From positions 1-64,000 of the IMG/VR virus record IMGVR_UViG_3300012971_000001: DNA of 64,000 nt. One strand, given 5' to 3'. Shown in pieces: positions 9,000-19,070 of the stretch. Position 1 is the first letter of the stretch. Each line of letters begins with the position of its first letter. The DNA is from a virus. Made by a program: the position numbers and the translations under genes. The notes beneath the pieces were generated by a model. That model saw nothing but the letters and a program-made list of their open reading frames with translations, did no database searches and was not told the DNA's origin.

Positions 9000-9515
9000 G
9001 TGGCCCCGAGTTACGGCTCGGGGCCTTTCAATATGGGAAATCCATTTGAAGGCATGTCACGAGAGCAGTTGGAAGCCCTGGACGAGATGACACGCGTGGA
9101 TGACTCAGTCGTGCGTGCAGCGATGTCCCGCGTTCCACCCAGCTGGACGATGATCCAGGAAAAGCCAGCGGGTGGAGCCTTCAAGCGCGGTAGCTTGCAA
9201 GTGCTCTTCACCGTGCAAAAGTACGAAGACAGGCGGGTGTGGCTGCATGTCAGCGTCTGCGGCAGAAAAGGCAACACATGGGGCCCGAGTGATCCACGAC
9301 ACGCCTCGACTTACTACCTGCCTACGTACGAAGAAATCAAGCGGGTGAAGAACGATTTCATCGGCGAGAATAAATGGGCGTACCAGATATTCGCACCTGC
9401 GAAGAAGCATGTGAACGTCAACCCGTATGTGCTGCACCTGTACGCGCTGATGGACCAGCACGATGACGGGGAGTCGGCATTGCCAGATTTCACGATGGGA
9501 GTAGGAATGCTGTAA
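9000..9515 (+). CDS. Conserved phage protein (HVSV...PTYEE...HVN...LHL family)
   Basis: WLHVSV, LPTYEEIKRVK, HVNVNPYVLHLY; TAGAAT 6 nt upstream of GTG. Confidence 0.65.
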   Translation: MAPSYGSGPFNMGNPFEGMSREQLEALDEMTRVDDSVVRAAMSRVPPSWTMIQEKPAGGAFKRGSLQVLFTVQKYEDRRVWLHVSVCGRKGNTWGPSDPRHASTYYLPTYEEIKRVKNDFIGENKWAYQIFAPAKKHVNVNPYVLHLYALMDQHDDGESALPDFTMGVGML

Positions 9516-9527
9516 AGGAGAGAGATA

Positions 9528-9818
9528 ATGACGATTAGACAACTACAGATGCTTGGTGAAATTTCCCGCGCCGGGATTATGGTCGAGGAAGCTCTTACAC
9601 TGAATCAGCTGACGTTCGGGTCGCTGTGCTATCAGAAGTGGGTAGTCTACACGCTTCCGGCGCAGCGGTTCGTCAAGTCCAAGCTGGGACTGCACATGGA
9701 GCACGTGTTCACGCACATCAGCCCAATACGCCAGCACAACACCGGCAAATTCTCCAAGCGGGTGCATGTCCGCCGCTGGAAAGATAACGTTGTGTCCATG
9801 CGCAAGAAGGTGGCCTGA
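9528..9818 (+). CDS. Hypothetical protein
   Basis: AAGGAG RBS. Confidence 0.55.
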   Translation: MTIRQLQMLGEISRAGIMVEEALTLNQLTFGSLCYQKWVVYTLPAQRFVKSKLGLHMEHVFTHISPIRQHNTGKFSKRVHVRRWKDNVVSMRKKVA

Positions 9819-9834
9819 TGGTGGGATAACTACG

Positions 9835-10377
9835 ATGGATAACCGGATGCTGACTGAAAGCGAGAAGCAAGCGCTGCTCCGCAAAGAACAGGAAATCGAC
9901 GAAGCCTTGCACGTTATCCAGCCTCGCACTTGCGGCAGCTGCACGATGTGTTGCAAGATCATGGGCGTAGAGGAGCTGGGAAAACCACCGCATGAGTGGT
10001 GCCGCCATACAGATGTCGGCTACGGCTGTAGGATATATCCTGATCGCCCGCCTACGTGCAAAGAGTTCGAATGCCTGTGGCTACAGCAGACCATATTCCC
10101 CGAGGAGCTGCGGCCCGATAAATGTCGCGTCGTACTCAGCTCGCTGAGAGACGGTGACGGCCTCGTAGCTTTTGAAGATGTTGGCTATTTCGGAGCAGCA
10201 CAGAAGGGCCGGATGGGCCGCGTATTGGAAAAAGCAGGACGAGCCGGAGTTCCGGTTATCATCGTGCGGGGAGACGATCGGGTCATCCTGTACAGTGGCA
10301 GCAAGACCAATCCGAAACTGGTCGAAATGATCAACCGTATCAACCAACATGGGGATGGTCCCGGCGATCAAGCCTGA
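9835..10377 (+). CDS. YkgJ/CxxCxxCC family Cys-cluster protein
   Basis: CGSCTMCC ... GCRIYPDRPPTCKEFECLW. Confidence 0.8.
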   Translation: MDNRMLTESEKQALLRKEQEIDEALHVIQPRTCGSCTMCCKIMGVEELGKPPHEWCRHTDVGYGCRIYPDRPPTCKEFECLWLQQTIFPEELRPDKCRVVLSSLRDGDGLVAFEDVGYFGAAQKGRMGRVLEKAGRAGVPVIIVRGDDRVILYSGSKTNPKLVEMINRINQHGDGPGDQA

Positions 10378-10409
10378 GGGACCTGTGGGGCAGGAAAACA
10401 GGGGATTAA

Positions 10410-10694
10410 ATGGCTACGTGGTTAAAAAATAGTCGTCATATCCGGCTGGGTATGCGGAACCGCGAGGCACGGCAGGCGGTTTTGGTCCGCAGCATGCACG
10501 GCGAATTCATCCGGACGGTTGCAGACGTTAGAAAATCCTCGCCGCTGAACGTTACGTTGTACCTCGATTGCGGGCACCAACAGCTTGAGCGCATGCACGG
10601 CACAGCGGGTAAGCGCCCGATTGTGCAGGGTGATAAAATCAGTTGCATCAAGTGTGCCACGCAGGCCATCGACAACGAATTATCCAAACCGTAA
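10410..10694 (+). CDS. Hypothetical Zn-binding protein
   Basis: LDCGH ... CIKC. Confidence 0.55.
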   Translation: MATWLKNSRHIRLGMRNREARQAVLVRSMHGEFIRTVADVRKSSPLNVTLYLDCGHQQLERMHGTAGKRPIVQGDKISCIKCATQAIDNELSKP

Positions 10695-10799
10695 CAGATC
10701 GAACTCTAATAGAATTAACCTGCCAGTTCCATTGGTTAGTATGCCACTGGAAGGCAGACCAGAAGGTCTGCACCATGGCACTGTGAAAGAACGGGCAAG

Positions 10800-11333
10800 A
10801 TGAAGCTGAGTTTTGAAACGCCGCTGGTCGTAATCCACCAGCAAGCGCCGCAACCGCAAGTTGCTGTGATTACGTTTAAGACAGGAAATTTCGTTTTCGA
10901 AGGAGTGAGCATTTATATGCCAGGACAAACAGGAACACAGGCAGTATCGCAGAAAAGCTCCGCCACCATGCAGTCTGGAAGCATGGGGACGGTTTCGGTT
11001 CAATGGAAGGACGCGAGTGGCAAGCCCGTGGCAGTCGATGGCCCCACGAAGTGGAGTTCGACAGACGAGACGATCGTGCAGGTGACGGACGGGGAAACGA
11101 ATCCCGGGAATCCATTGATCAACAATGTCTACGCACCGGGGCCATATGGCACTTGCGAAGTCCATGCCAACGCGGATGCTGATATCGGGCAGGGCGTCCA
11201 GCCGGTGACCGCCATTATTCAATTTACGGTCATCAGTGGGCAGGCCACGAGCGGCGAGATTACATTTACGCCGACGGGCACGCATCCGCCATCTCCCGGC
11301 GGGCCAAGCACAGCTCAGGGATTGCGACGGTAA
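10800..11333 (+). CDS. Ig-like (Big) beta-sandwich protein
   Basis: KWSSTDETIVQV Big-domain motif. Confidence 0.55.
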   Translation: MKLSFETPLVVIHQQAPQPQVAVITFKTGNFVFEGVSIYMPGQTGTQAVSQKSSATMQSGSMGTVSVQWKDASGKPVAVDGPTKWSSTDETIVQVTDGETNPGNPLINNVYAPGPYGTCEVHANADADIGQGVQPVTAIIQFTVISGQATSGEITFTPTGTHPPSPGGPSTAQGLRR

Positions 11334-11470
11334 GCTTTATAGATCGCCGGCCCTGTTTGTTGGGGCGCCTTGCTATTGGATAAGTAGGGCGCCCTATTTG
11401 TTACTCAAGATATGTAGATGTTTGATGGGTAGGCAACCTGTGTTATCGTTCTGTAAGAGGAGACGCCGCA

Positions 11471-11623
11471 ATGCCACAGAAAGACATGAGCTCAAAGCTC
11501 GGCAGCTCACCAAGCAAGGTCATCAACCGGGTAGTTCAGAATAACAAGAACGTCCAACAGCCAGGCAAGGCGCCTGGTATCCTCAAGTCAGCTTTCAACA
11601 AGCACCCGGAGCCATGCAAGTAA
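11471..11623 (+). CDS. Small hypothetical protein (not in ORF track)
   Basis: GAGGAG RBS; MPQKDMSSKLG... 50 aa. Confidence 0.5.
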   Translation: MPQKDMSSKLGSSPSKVINRVVQNNKNVQQPGKAPGILKSAFNKHPEPCK

Positions 11624-11800
11624 ATGGCAGTCAAGACGGGCGGCAAGTTCACGTCCGAAACAGCCAAGCTGTGCGGCAAGATGTCCGCCAGCCGCTTCAC
11701 GCCGGCAGAGCATGAAGCGAGGGCATCGGAGCGGGGCAATATAGTGCTTCAGCGGTACGGGAAGGACTACTACTCCGCACTGAGGAAGAAGCGCAAGTAA
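11624..11800 (+). CDS. Small basic KGG-like protein (not in ORF track)
   Basis: MAVKTGGKFTSETAK...RYGKDYYSALRKKRK, 58 aa, coupled on both sides. Confidence 0.55.
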   Translation: MAVKTGGKFTSETAKLCGKMSASRFTPAEHEARASERGNIVLQRYGKDYYSALRKKRK

Positions 11801-12606
11801 TGCTACGGCGGCCCGGGCGGAAGAAAAGAGAGCTGGAGGTGCAGCGTTTCTTCCGCAGGACCAACTGGGCAGACCTGTGGGAAGACTTCAGCACCAAGCT
11901 GAAGCCCAACGGGATGCATTGGTATAAGACGATTCGCGAATTCGTCGTAGCTCAGAAAATCAAAGACTCAGAAACCCTGCGGTTCTTGCACTATTACCTT
12001 GGACCGGAGGATATGGCAGACGAGGCAGAGCGCGCCCGCTACCCGTTCGCCAAGCCACAGGACTGGAAGAAAAGGCGTGACACGGGCGGCTGGTACTCCG
12101 ACGAAGCCATCACGCAGCTGAGCCGGACTATCAGCGTCAAGATGAACGCGCTGGAAGCACTGGCAGAAGCCGGGAACAGCGTCACGCTGCGCGCCTTTGT
12201 CCGTATCAGCAACTTAATGCGTCAGCTAGACAACGCGTTTCAAGGCCGTTTCTTCGTAGATGACGTAGACTTCGCCACCAACATCGCCAGATCAGAAGCG
12301 TATCTCCGGTTGTATCACCGTGTACTGAACATGCTCGGCACCGCGCAGGATCTGTATGCAAAGTCACGCGGCATAAACTTCGATGACATGGAAGGACTGG
12401 CGCATATCCTCGCGGCCACTGCCCAGATGGCGAAGCAGGTTGGCGATAGTAGCAACAAGTACGAAAAGGCATTGGGAGCGCTGGTGCAAATGACGATGCA
12501 CAAGGCTTCGGAGTACGACTTGCCGATCCCACAGGATGCCAAAGATAAGCTGATCGAAGTCACGCAGGAAGAAGATCAGCCTCCGCCCAAGAAGAAATTC
12601 CACTAA
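11800..12606 (+). CDS. Hypothetical helical protein (possible terminase small subunit)
   Basis: 268 aa, helical; TerS is only a guess from composition. Confidence 0.5.
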   Translation: MLRRPGRKKRELEVQRFFRRTNWADLWEDFSTKLKPNGMHWYKTIREFVVAQKIKDSETLRFLHYYLGPEDMADEAERARYPFAKPQDWKKRRDTGGWYSDEAITQLSRTISVKMNALEALAEAGNSVTLRAFVRISNLMRQLDNAFQGRFFVDDVDFATNIARSEAYLRLYHRVLNMLGTAQDLYAKSRGINFDDMEGLAHILAATAQMAKQVGDSSNKYEKALGALVQMTMHKASEYDLPIPQDAKDKLIEVTQEEDQPPPKKKFH

Positions 12607-12630
12607 CCAATTCGTTATAATCCCGGTACG

Positions 12631-13143
12631 ATGATAAAGAATCCTCGCAAGATGGGCGAGACGCATGGCTACTGGACTGGCAATGAAGTAGAACATACGC
12701 AGTTCTACGGGCTGAAGACAGTGTTCATCAGTCGCTTCGAAAAAACAGAAGCAGTGCTCGCCAAGTACAAGGCAGCAGATGTGCCGCACGTGTTTTTCTG
12801 TCAGATCAACCCAAAATTCGGAGGCGATCTGACAGCCCTGTGCCATGCTGCTGGGAAGTTGTTACGGCAGGGGCGGTATGTTACGATAGAAGTGTCCGCT
12901 TGTGACGCTGATGCAAAAGATGCCTTAGAAACATTGCGGCTTGACTACGATCGCTTTTGTTTGCTTATGGTGGTCGAGTTATCGTCGCCGGAGGACGGTG
13001 GCTTTGCCGTGAAGGTCGCACCACCTGTGGTGTTCGATGGGAATGTCGCACCGGGTGTCATGACAGCCTCGATCGAGCGCATGGAAAAAGGGCTTACGCG
13101 CTGGGAAGAATATGTCGGAGATAAAGATGGAGAACCGCTATGA
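12631..13143 (+). CDS. Conserved phage hypothetical protein (G.EVEHT motif)
   Basis: WTGNEVEHTQFYGLKTVF and terminal W..Y..D; TATAAT upstream. Confidence 0.6.
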   Translation: MIKNPRKMGETHGYWTGNEVEHTQFYGLKTVFISRFEKTEAVLAKYKAADVPHVFFCQINPKFGGDLTALCHAAGKLLRQGRYVTIEVSACDADAKDALETLRLDYDRFCLLMVVELSSPEDGGFAVKVAPPVVFDGNVAPGVMTASIERMEKGLTRWEEYVGDKDGEPL

Positions 13144-13826
13144 TAAAAGAGATGCCGGGAGTTAGCATAATCGTCGGATGTTTTATGCAGGAGAAGTACC
13201 TTGAGCAAGCTTACTGGTCTGCGGTCAATCAGGACTACGATGGGCCGCTGCAGGTGTACATCAACCACGACGGCTGTGATACTGGGAAAAATACGAGTGC
13301 CTCGAAAGCCAGAAACAGAGCTATATCGTACGAAGCTGTCCATGACTGGATTATCTGCCTGGACGCAGATGACTTACTGCCTAGCAATTATGTCACCACG
13401 CTGATGGATCATCTGGTGAGTGATACGTACAATATCACCAATGGCATCGCGGGCTGCCCGGTGCAGTTCATCTCCGGTAGAAATCTTGCACGGTTTGGTA
13501 ATGTCGATGCAGACACTTACTATCTGTCCGATTTCACGACGGAGGTGCCACCGATCCCGTCATCCGCGTTGTTTCACAGGATAGCGTGGTCAGAAGTAAA
13601 CGGCTACGACGAAAGCCTGCGGTCGATGGAAGACTTTGATTTCTGGTACAAGCTGCTGAGCAGAGAGGGGGCTGCCTACTTCCACACGAAAGATACCTGC
13701 TTACTCAAGAACAACGATGGCAACGGGAAAGTGCACCGTACGCCTCAGCGTGTACGGCAAGCAACGATTCAGCACATGAACAAGATGTATGGGCTAACCT
13801 TAGAAGCGCCACAGGTGATCCAATGA
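13140..13826 (+). CDS. Glycosyltransferase family 2
   Basis: ARNRAI, CLDADD (DxD), NGYDESL..MEDFDFW. Confidence 0.88.
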   Translation: MIKEMPGVSIIVGCFMQEKYLEQAYWSAVNQDYDGPLQVYINHDGCDTGKNTSASKARNRAISYEAVHDWIICLDADDLLPSNYVTTLMDHLVSDTYNITNGIAGCPVQFISGRNLARFGNVDADTYYLSDFTTEVPPIPSSALFHRIAWSEVNGYDESLRSMEDFDFWYKLLSREGAAYFHTKDTCLLKNNDGNGKVHRTPQRVRQATIQHMNKMYGLTLEAPQVIQ

Positions 13827-14065
13827 TAGATGAGAAGGACGATCAGCTGATGCTTGAAAAGATGACAGATGAACAACTGCTAGAAGACCGTGAAATCGTG
13901 TCTGTTACACCTGCAACAGACAAAACTTGGAACGTAATGCTTAGCTGCTCCCACCAAGCAATCTTCGCGATACAGCCATATGTGGGCAGTACATTAAAGT
14001 GCGCACAATGCGTAGAGCTGCTCCTAATCCGGCATAAGTCCCGTATCAGAAACGCGAAGGCATGA
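13823..14065 (+). CDS. Hypothetical Zn-binding protein
   Basis: LSCSH ... CAQC, resembles 10410 ORF. Confidence 0.55.
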   Translation: MIDEKDDQLMLEKMTDEQLLEDREIVSVTPATDKTWNVMLSCSHQAIFAIQPYVGSTLKCAQCVELLLIRHKSRIRNAKA

Positions 14066-14086
14066 AATTGTGTTATAAGTAACTGC

Positions 14087-14548
14087 ATGAAGCTCGCCAC
14101 GGCCATCGCCTATGTAGCTGCCCAGAACGCGCCTACTCAGAAGTCGGTGACTCACAGTGGAATGAGCATAGCCATCGAGCATCCGAAGGGATCGATGCGC
14201 GAAATCAAGAACGATGATGGCCAGACGGTCTGGAAAAAGCAGATGCAGTACGATTACGGCTACATCCGGAATACGCAAGGCCGTGACGGTGACGAGATCG
14301 ATGTAATGATGGGGCCGCTTCAGCAATGCAGTGATGCTTATGTAATCCACATGGTTGATATGGGCCCGGATGTATCCGAGAGACAAGACGAAGACAAAGT
14401 GATGTTGGGCTTCCCATCCGCGGGAGCTGCACGGCAGGCATTCCACTCGCACTATCCGCCAGACTTCTACGGCGGCATGACAGTGGTGCCGGTGTCGGAG
14501 TTCAAGCAGCGCGCGATGGGCAAGCAGGTGGCTAATTTTGCAGTGTGA
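14087..14548 (+). CDS. Inorganic pyrophosphatase-like domain (polyvalent-protein InPase type)
   Basis: IEHPKGS.R, YDYGYI..T.G.DGDEIDV, DEDKVMLGF. Confidence 0.82.
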   Translation: MKLATAIAYVAAQNAPTQKSVTHSGMSIAIEHPKGSMREIKNDDGQTVWKKQMQYDYGYIRNTQGRDGDEIDVMMGPLQQCSDAYVIHMVDMGPDVSERQDEDKVMLGFPSAGAARQAFHSHYPPDFYGGMTVVPVSEFKQRAMGKQVANFAV

Positions 14549-14593
14549 AAGATATCGAAGAGTAGTTGCATTCTAATTTTTTGGAGGTAGCAA

Positions 14594-15598
14594 ATGCAAT
14601 TCAGCGGGGCTATTATCGGCGAGCTAACGCAGATCCCTGCTCTCGATGCTGCCGGCGACTTTCACCTGCTCAGAGTCAATTTGGTGCGTGCGGGATGCCC
14701 GAAGACCTTGCTTGCCACGCGAGCAAATACGATGGCAGAAATGCCGATCGTCATCGCACATAACCGCGAGAAGCACGGCTGGATAGAAAAGACTCAGTAT
14801 TGCCCAAAGGCAGTGGTGGTCGCAGGAGCTGACCGCAGGGCCGTGCTCCTGAAAAATTCTATCTTAGCTTCATGGGCATGGGTGGAAGCAGGCGCCATGA
14901 AAGCAAACGACGAGGCAATGGGCACATACGAGCTGTCGCAGAAGCTGACGCACGCACTTGCCCGCAAGTATGTCGGGCCACAGCTCAACTACCAGGAGTT
15001 GCCGTTCCTTGCAGAGGCCTACCCGTTCGAAAATGTCTGTGTGTTCGGCTTCCGCAACGGCATGTACCGCCAGGCATTCGCCTTGAGCAACGAAGATAGA
15101 AATGTCTCGCTGGTCGGCCCGGTGGTGCGTGCAGACATGGGTATCGTCAACGCCTGCACGGACGTGATGCCGCTGTCGCAGACCGGAGCACGCTATGCCT
15201 GGGCACCTGTGCACGGACACCATAACATCGTTTCAATGGGCGCTAAGAATTCGGAATTGTATATCCAGATCATCAGAAACTGGGATAACATCAACGAAGC
15301 GGCAGACGCATACGTCGAAGCCGTAAAGCATGGCCTCTACACGCCTATGACGCCGTCGTTTCAGCCGGTAGCAATTCCGGCCAACCACAAGCCCTACACA
15401 GCTTTGGCAGCGCAGGGAATTCCGCCAGCAGATTTTGCCATCTGGTCAGAAGCTGCGCAGAAGAAGATCAAGGATGAAAAAGCCCTGCGGAAGAACCTGA
15501 AGACGCCGTTCGGAAACACGAGCAAGACGCCGACGAGCAAGAAGGGCTGGCTCAACAAAGCAAAGGCTACAGGCGACAGCACGGGCATGGGGCTGTAG
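14594..15598 (+). CDS. Hypothetical protein, possibly virion-associated
   Basis: GGAGG RBS; 334 aa. Confidence 0.6.
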   Translation: MQFSGAIIGELTQIPALDAAGDFHLLRVNLVRAGCPKTLLATRANTMAEMPIVIAHNREKHGWIEKTQYCPKAVVVAGADRRAVLLKNSILASWAWVEAGAMKANDEAMGTYELSQKLTHALARKYVGPQLNYQELPFLAEAYPFENVCVFGFRNGMYRQAFALSNEDRNVSLVGPVVRADMGIVNACTDVMPLSQTGARYAWAPVHGHHNIVSMGAKNSELYIQIIRNWDNINEAADAYVEAVKHGLYTPMTPSFQPVAIPANHKPYTALAAQGIPPADFAIWSEAAQKKIKDEKALRKNLKTPFGNTSKTPTSKKGWLNKAKATGDSTGMGL

Positions 15599-15652
15599 GG
15601 CCCTGGGGATGGGGCCAACGATCGTGCCTGCCGTGCCGTAGGGGCGGAAAAT

Positions 15653-15958
15653 ATGCGATTGTGGGATGCAGTAAGGCTTACCATCATGGCTGACGGGAGC
15701 ACAGGCGAGTGGTTCGAAACTTATTACGGGTTTCAGCAGCCGCCTACGTTCCATCCGCCTTCGCTAAAAAATCCCTTGCCCGTGCCGACACATCATCCGC
15801 ATGATGGCTGGCGTAAGAACGACCCTGCCGGATTGAAGACGCGATCGCGAGAAGACTTAGTCGAGATAATGAAGAGAGTCAGACGTCAGCAAGGGAAACC
15901 GGAGATCACGCGGCAAGCAGCATATCCGCTTTTCCCGTCGATTGCACACTGGACGTAA
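15653..15958 (+). CDS. Hypothetical protein with MRLxDAV..TIMA leader
   Basis: N-terminus resembles that of the 49924 ORF. Confidence 0.55.
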   Translation: MRLWDAVRLTIMADGSTGEWFETYYGFQQPPTFHPPSLKNPLPVPTHHPHDGWRKNDPAGLKTRSREDLVEIMKRVRRQQGKPEITRQAAYPLFPSIAHWT

Positions 15959-15972
15959 AAGGAGATTAGCAA

Positions 15973-16146
15973 ATGACACTCGAAGTCTGGTATTGGATCC
16001 TAATGCTGTTGTGGCTGCTATTCGGCTTCTGGACTTACTATGTGCCTGGCCAGCCTTATCCCGTGTGGCGCGGAGGACGCCACATGCTTTTATTTTTCGT
16101 GCTGCTGATCCTGGGGCTGAGAACTTTCGGATCGCCGGTAAAATAA
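15973..16146 (+). CDS. Small two-TM membrane protein (not in ORF track)
   Basis: AAGGAG RBS; MTLEVWYWILMLLWLLFGFW...LLFFVLLILGLRTFGSPVK. Confidence 0.65.
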   Translation: MTLEVWYWILMLLWLLFGFWTYYVPGQPYPVWRGGRHMLLFFVLLILGLRTFGSPVK

Positions 16147-16297
16147 CTGAGCTCTCGATAAAAGGCAGGGATTACTGGGCTAAGCGTTCGGAATCATACA
16201 GAATACGCCTGCCATACGAATGTTATTCTGTCAAAATCCCGTCACAGAAGCTGACCCGTGTTGAATTTATCCTGGATTATTGTTAAATTATGGACGT

Positions 16298-16525
16298 ATG
16301 GGGACACAAGCAGTAGCTATCGATCAAAAGACGGAGCGTACCCTTGCCAAGATCCCCGACGACGTGATCTTTCGCGAGGCTAAGAAGCGATACCGCGATC
16401 TTCGGGAATCACGAGGCAAGTATGCTTCGATGAAGATATTTCGAACGTGCAAGGGATGCGGTAAAGAATTCTCAGCTCGCGAGATGCGCTCGCATGACTG
16501 CATCGTCAGCTATGCCAAGCGGTAG
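16298..16525 (+). CDS. Small Zn-finger protein
   Basis: CKGC...H.C; TTGAAT-17-TAAATT upstream. Confidence 0.6.
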   Translation: MGTQAVAIDQKTERTLAKIPDDVIFREAKKRYRDLRESRGKYASMKIFRTCKGCGKEFSAREMRSHDCIVSYAKR

Positions 16526-17009
16526 CTCTGTAGAATGTATCGCTGAGAGGCTACTGCAACGCTTAGATAAAACTTCATCGCCAAAAGGCTGTTGGCTCTG
16601 GTTGGGCAACAGGCGTGCTACTAGGCATGGCCAGATGAAAGTGCGCTTTCCTGATGGTGTGGTTGAATGGCAAGTGCATCGAATAGCCTATCGCTGTTTT
16701 ATCGGTCCTATTCCTGATTCTTTGTGGGTTTTGCATAAGAGGCACTGCAACGATGGAGCTTGTTGCAATCCAGATCACCTTTACGCCGGAAATGTTCAGG
16801 AGAATGTGGATGATCGAGAAGCTACGGGTGGCACTGCACGTGGCAACAAAAGTGGGCAAGCCAAGCTGATAGACTCGGATGTGCAAAAGATAAGAGCTCT
16901 GAAAAGGGCCTGGATTTCGCATCGGGAAATCGCTAAATTGTTTAAAGTATCCGAGGGCACGATAAGGCATATATTGCGGGGGCGAACATGGAAGGCAACT
17001 TCGTTGTAG
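16512..17009 (+). CDS. HNH homing endonuclease with C-terminal HTH (copy 1)
   Basis: DKTSSPKGCWLW, HRIAY, CCNPDHL..G...N, IAKLFKVS..TI..I. Confidence 0.88.
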   Translation: MPSGSSVECIAERLLQRLDKTSSPKGCWLWLGNRRATRHGQMKVRFPDGVVEWQVHRIAYRCFIGPIPDSLWVLHKRHCNDGACCNPDHLYAGNVQENVDDREATGGTARGNKSGQAKLIDSDVQKIRALKRAWISHREIAKLFKVSEGTIRHILRGRTWKATSL

Positions 17010-17518
17010 GGCTCGACCTGTCTCTCACGGGAACGGGCTGGGCGACCTACAACGGGAAGGTCGCCTTCGGCACGCTCTCGCCACCCAAGCACAAGCGGGA
17101 CGGCATGAGGCGCATCGGCTGGATGCTCAGCAAGGTGCTCCGCATCGTCGAAAGTGAAGACTACGCTCCAAAGCTGGTCGCCATCGAAGGCCTAGCCTTT
17201 GCCAGCCGAGATAGAAATCTTGAACGCGCCGGGCTAGCCTTCATGGTCCGTTACATGCTGTGGCGTCGCAACATTCCTTATGTGCTGGTCGCACCAACAT
17301 CGCTAAAGAAATACGCAGCAGGCTCAGGTAAGGCTGAGAAGTCGCAGATGATGCTCAAGGTGTATCAGCGGTGGAAGATAGAGCCAGCCAACGACAACGA
17401 AGCTGACGCCATCTCATTGGTGCACGTCGCGAAGTGCGTCGCTGGCTTAGACACGCCAAAGACTAAGTCAGAACAAAAGCAGATAGAACGGCTGAAGTCG
17501 ACTATCGTTCGGGACTAA
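16988..17518 (+). CDS. ruvC: RuvC-like Holliday junction resolvase
   Basis: GLDLSLTGTG, VAIEG, PTSLKKYAAGSG.A.K, NEADA. Confidence 0.85.
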   Translation: MEGNFVVGLDLSLTGTGWATYNGKVAFGTLSPPKHKRDGMRRIGWMLSKVLRIVESEDYAPKLVAIEGLAFASRDRNLERAGLAFMVRYMLWRRNIPYVLVAPTSLKKYAAGSGKAEKSQMMLKVYQRWKIEPANDNEADAISLVHVAKCVAGLDTPKTKSEQKQIERLKSTIVRD

Positions 17519-17536
17519 TCCCGTTATTATCCAGCC

Positions 17537-18049
17537 ATGGATCCGACCTTCAAAGCGACGAAGACGGTAGAGCTGGATTATGGACATCGGGTGCCGAACC
17601 ACGATAGCAAGTGCTACAACGTGCACGGCCACCGGGGCAAGCTGGAAGTGACCGTGACAGGGTGCCTGCTTACGGCGGGCAGCTCGACAGACATGGTGAT
17701 GGACTTCGGCCACATCAAGCAGCTCATGATCAAGGAAATCGTAGAGCTGTTCGACCATTGCCTCATCCTGTATGAAAATGACCCACTCACCCATCGGTAC
17801 TTCGAGGACACGGAGCTGATAGAAATCAATGACTTCGGTGCCCGGTACAAAGTGCCTGATCTCGGCATAGTGCAAGAACTCAGCTATGGCGCGCCGACAG
17901 CAGAAGTACTCGCCTACGCCTGCTGGAAAGTGCTAGAAGATAAACTGCCCAAGGGATGCAAGCTAGCCTGCGTGCGCTTCTGGGAGACGCCGAACAGCGT
18001 GGCAGAATACGAAGGCAGCGTAGCCCTTGCCATGAGCCATGCTGGATAG
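17537..18049 (+). CDS. queD: 6-carboxy-5,6,7,8-tetrahydropterin synthase
   Basis: HRVPNHDSKCYNVHGH, MVMDFG, FDH, PTAE, VRFWETP. Confidence 0.92.
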   Translation: MDPTFKATKTVELDYGHRVPNHDSKCYNVHGHRGKLEVTVTGCLLTAGSSTDMVMDFGHIKQLMIKEIVELFDHCLILYENDPLTHRYFEDTELIEINDFGARYKVPDLGIVQELSYGAPTAEVLAYACWKVLEDKLPKGCKLACVRFWETPNSVAEYEGSVALAMSHAG

Positions 18050-19070
18050 AGACAACGCGATCGTCTTTTTGCCATCGTGGGTAGATGCCTGCGCGCTGTG
18101 GCGGATGTACATGCCCTACGCGGAAATGGAAGGCACGAGTTTCTTCGCATTCACGCAGCCCATCTTCCAGCTGATCCTCGATAAAGATATAGCGGTGGTG
18201 CAGAGATGCTACAGCCAAGCCCAGTACAATTTCATCCGAGCATGCAGGAATGCAGGCATGAAAGTGATCATGGACTTAGACGACGATATGTGGCATATAC
18301 CGCCGCACAACCCGGCCTATGAAATGCTGGGCAAGTGCAAGCAGGGATTTGCCGCATGCATGCAGATCGTAGATGTGATCACGGTGTCGACGAAGCCGCT
18401 AGCGAGAATAGTGCAAAGCATAATCAAGAAGACACCAAAGCCAGTGATAATAGCAGAAAACAGAATCAGCACACGGCTGTTTGCGCGGCCTAGAAAGAAG
18501 AACGAAATTACGGTCGGCTGGGGCGGCAGCCTGTCGCATCAGGGATTCAGCGGCCAACGCGGCACGGGAGATCTGGGCCTGGTAGAAGAAGCAATAGCGG
18601 ACATAGCAGCAGAAGAGCCGGATGTAATATTCGAATTCCGCGGGGCCGTGCCAGATCCGACGGTATTTCGCACGCAGAACGTGCACCACCATGCCGGAGT
18701 TCCGGTAGCGGAATATGCAGCACGCATGCCGGTGTGGGGCTGGCACATAGCACTCGCACCGTTGACAGCAGATGAATTCAATCAAAGCAAAAGTTGCATC
18801 AAAATGGTAGAAGCAGGATACTGCGGCATACCGTGCCTAGCCAGCAGCGTGGAGCCTTACGATCGCTTTGCCAGCTTTGACGCAGAGCTCAGATGGCTGC
18901 TGTGCCATCGCCCAGCGGACTGGGCGCAGAAGCTCAGAATATTAATCCACGAGCCTGAGAGGCGAGAAGAACTGGGCCAGCGCATGCACAGAGTGACCAT
19001 GCAGCATTTCAGTATGAGCAAAGAGCACGAGGGCTGGCAGGCAGCATTTGCCGCAGCAAGAAAATGTTGA
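18039..19070 (+). CDS. Glycosyltransferase (GT-B, GT4-like)
   Basis: DLDDDMW, ITVSTKPL, VGWGG, IALAPL....FN..KS.IK.VEAG. Confidence 0.82.
   Translation: MLDRDNAIVFLPSWVDACALWRMYMPYAEMEGTSFFAFTQPIFQLILDKDIAVVQRCYSQAQYNFIRACRNAGMKVIMDLDDDMWHIPPHNPAYEMLGKCKQGFAACMQIVDVITVSTKPLARIVQSIIKKTPKPVIIAENRISTRLFARPRKKNEITVGWGGSLSHQGFSGQRGTGDLGLVEEAIADIAAEEPDVIFEFRGAVPDPTVFRTQNVHHHAGVPVAEYAARMPVWGWHIALAPLTADEFNQSKSCIKMVEAGYCGIPCLASSVEPYDRFASFDAELRWLLCHRPADWAQKLRILIHEPERREELGQRMHRVTMQHFSMSKEHEGWQAAFAAARKC

Noticed and set aside
11800-12606. Firm call as terminase small subunit
   Set aside because: About 10 kb from terL and no diagnostic motif; left as hypothetical
15942-16286. 114-aa ORF from the track
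   Set aside because: A shorter overlapping frame (15973-16146) has a strong RBS and a coherent two-TM product
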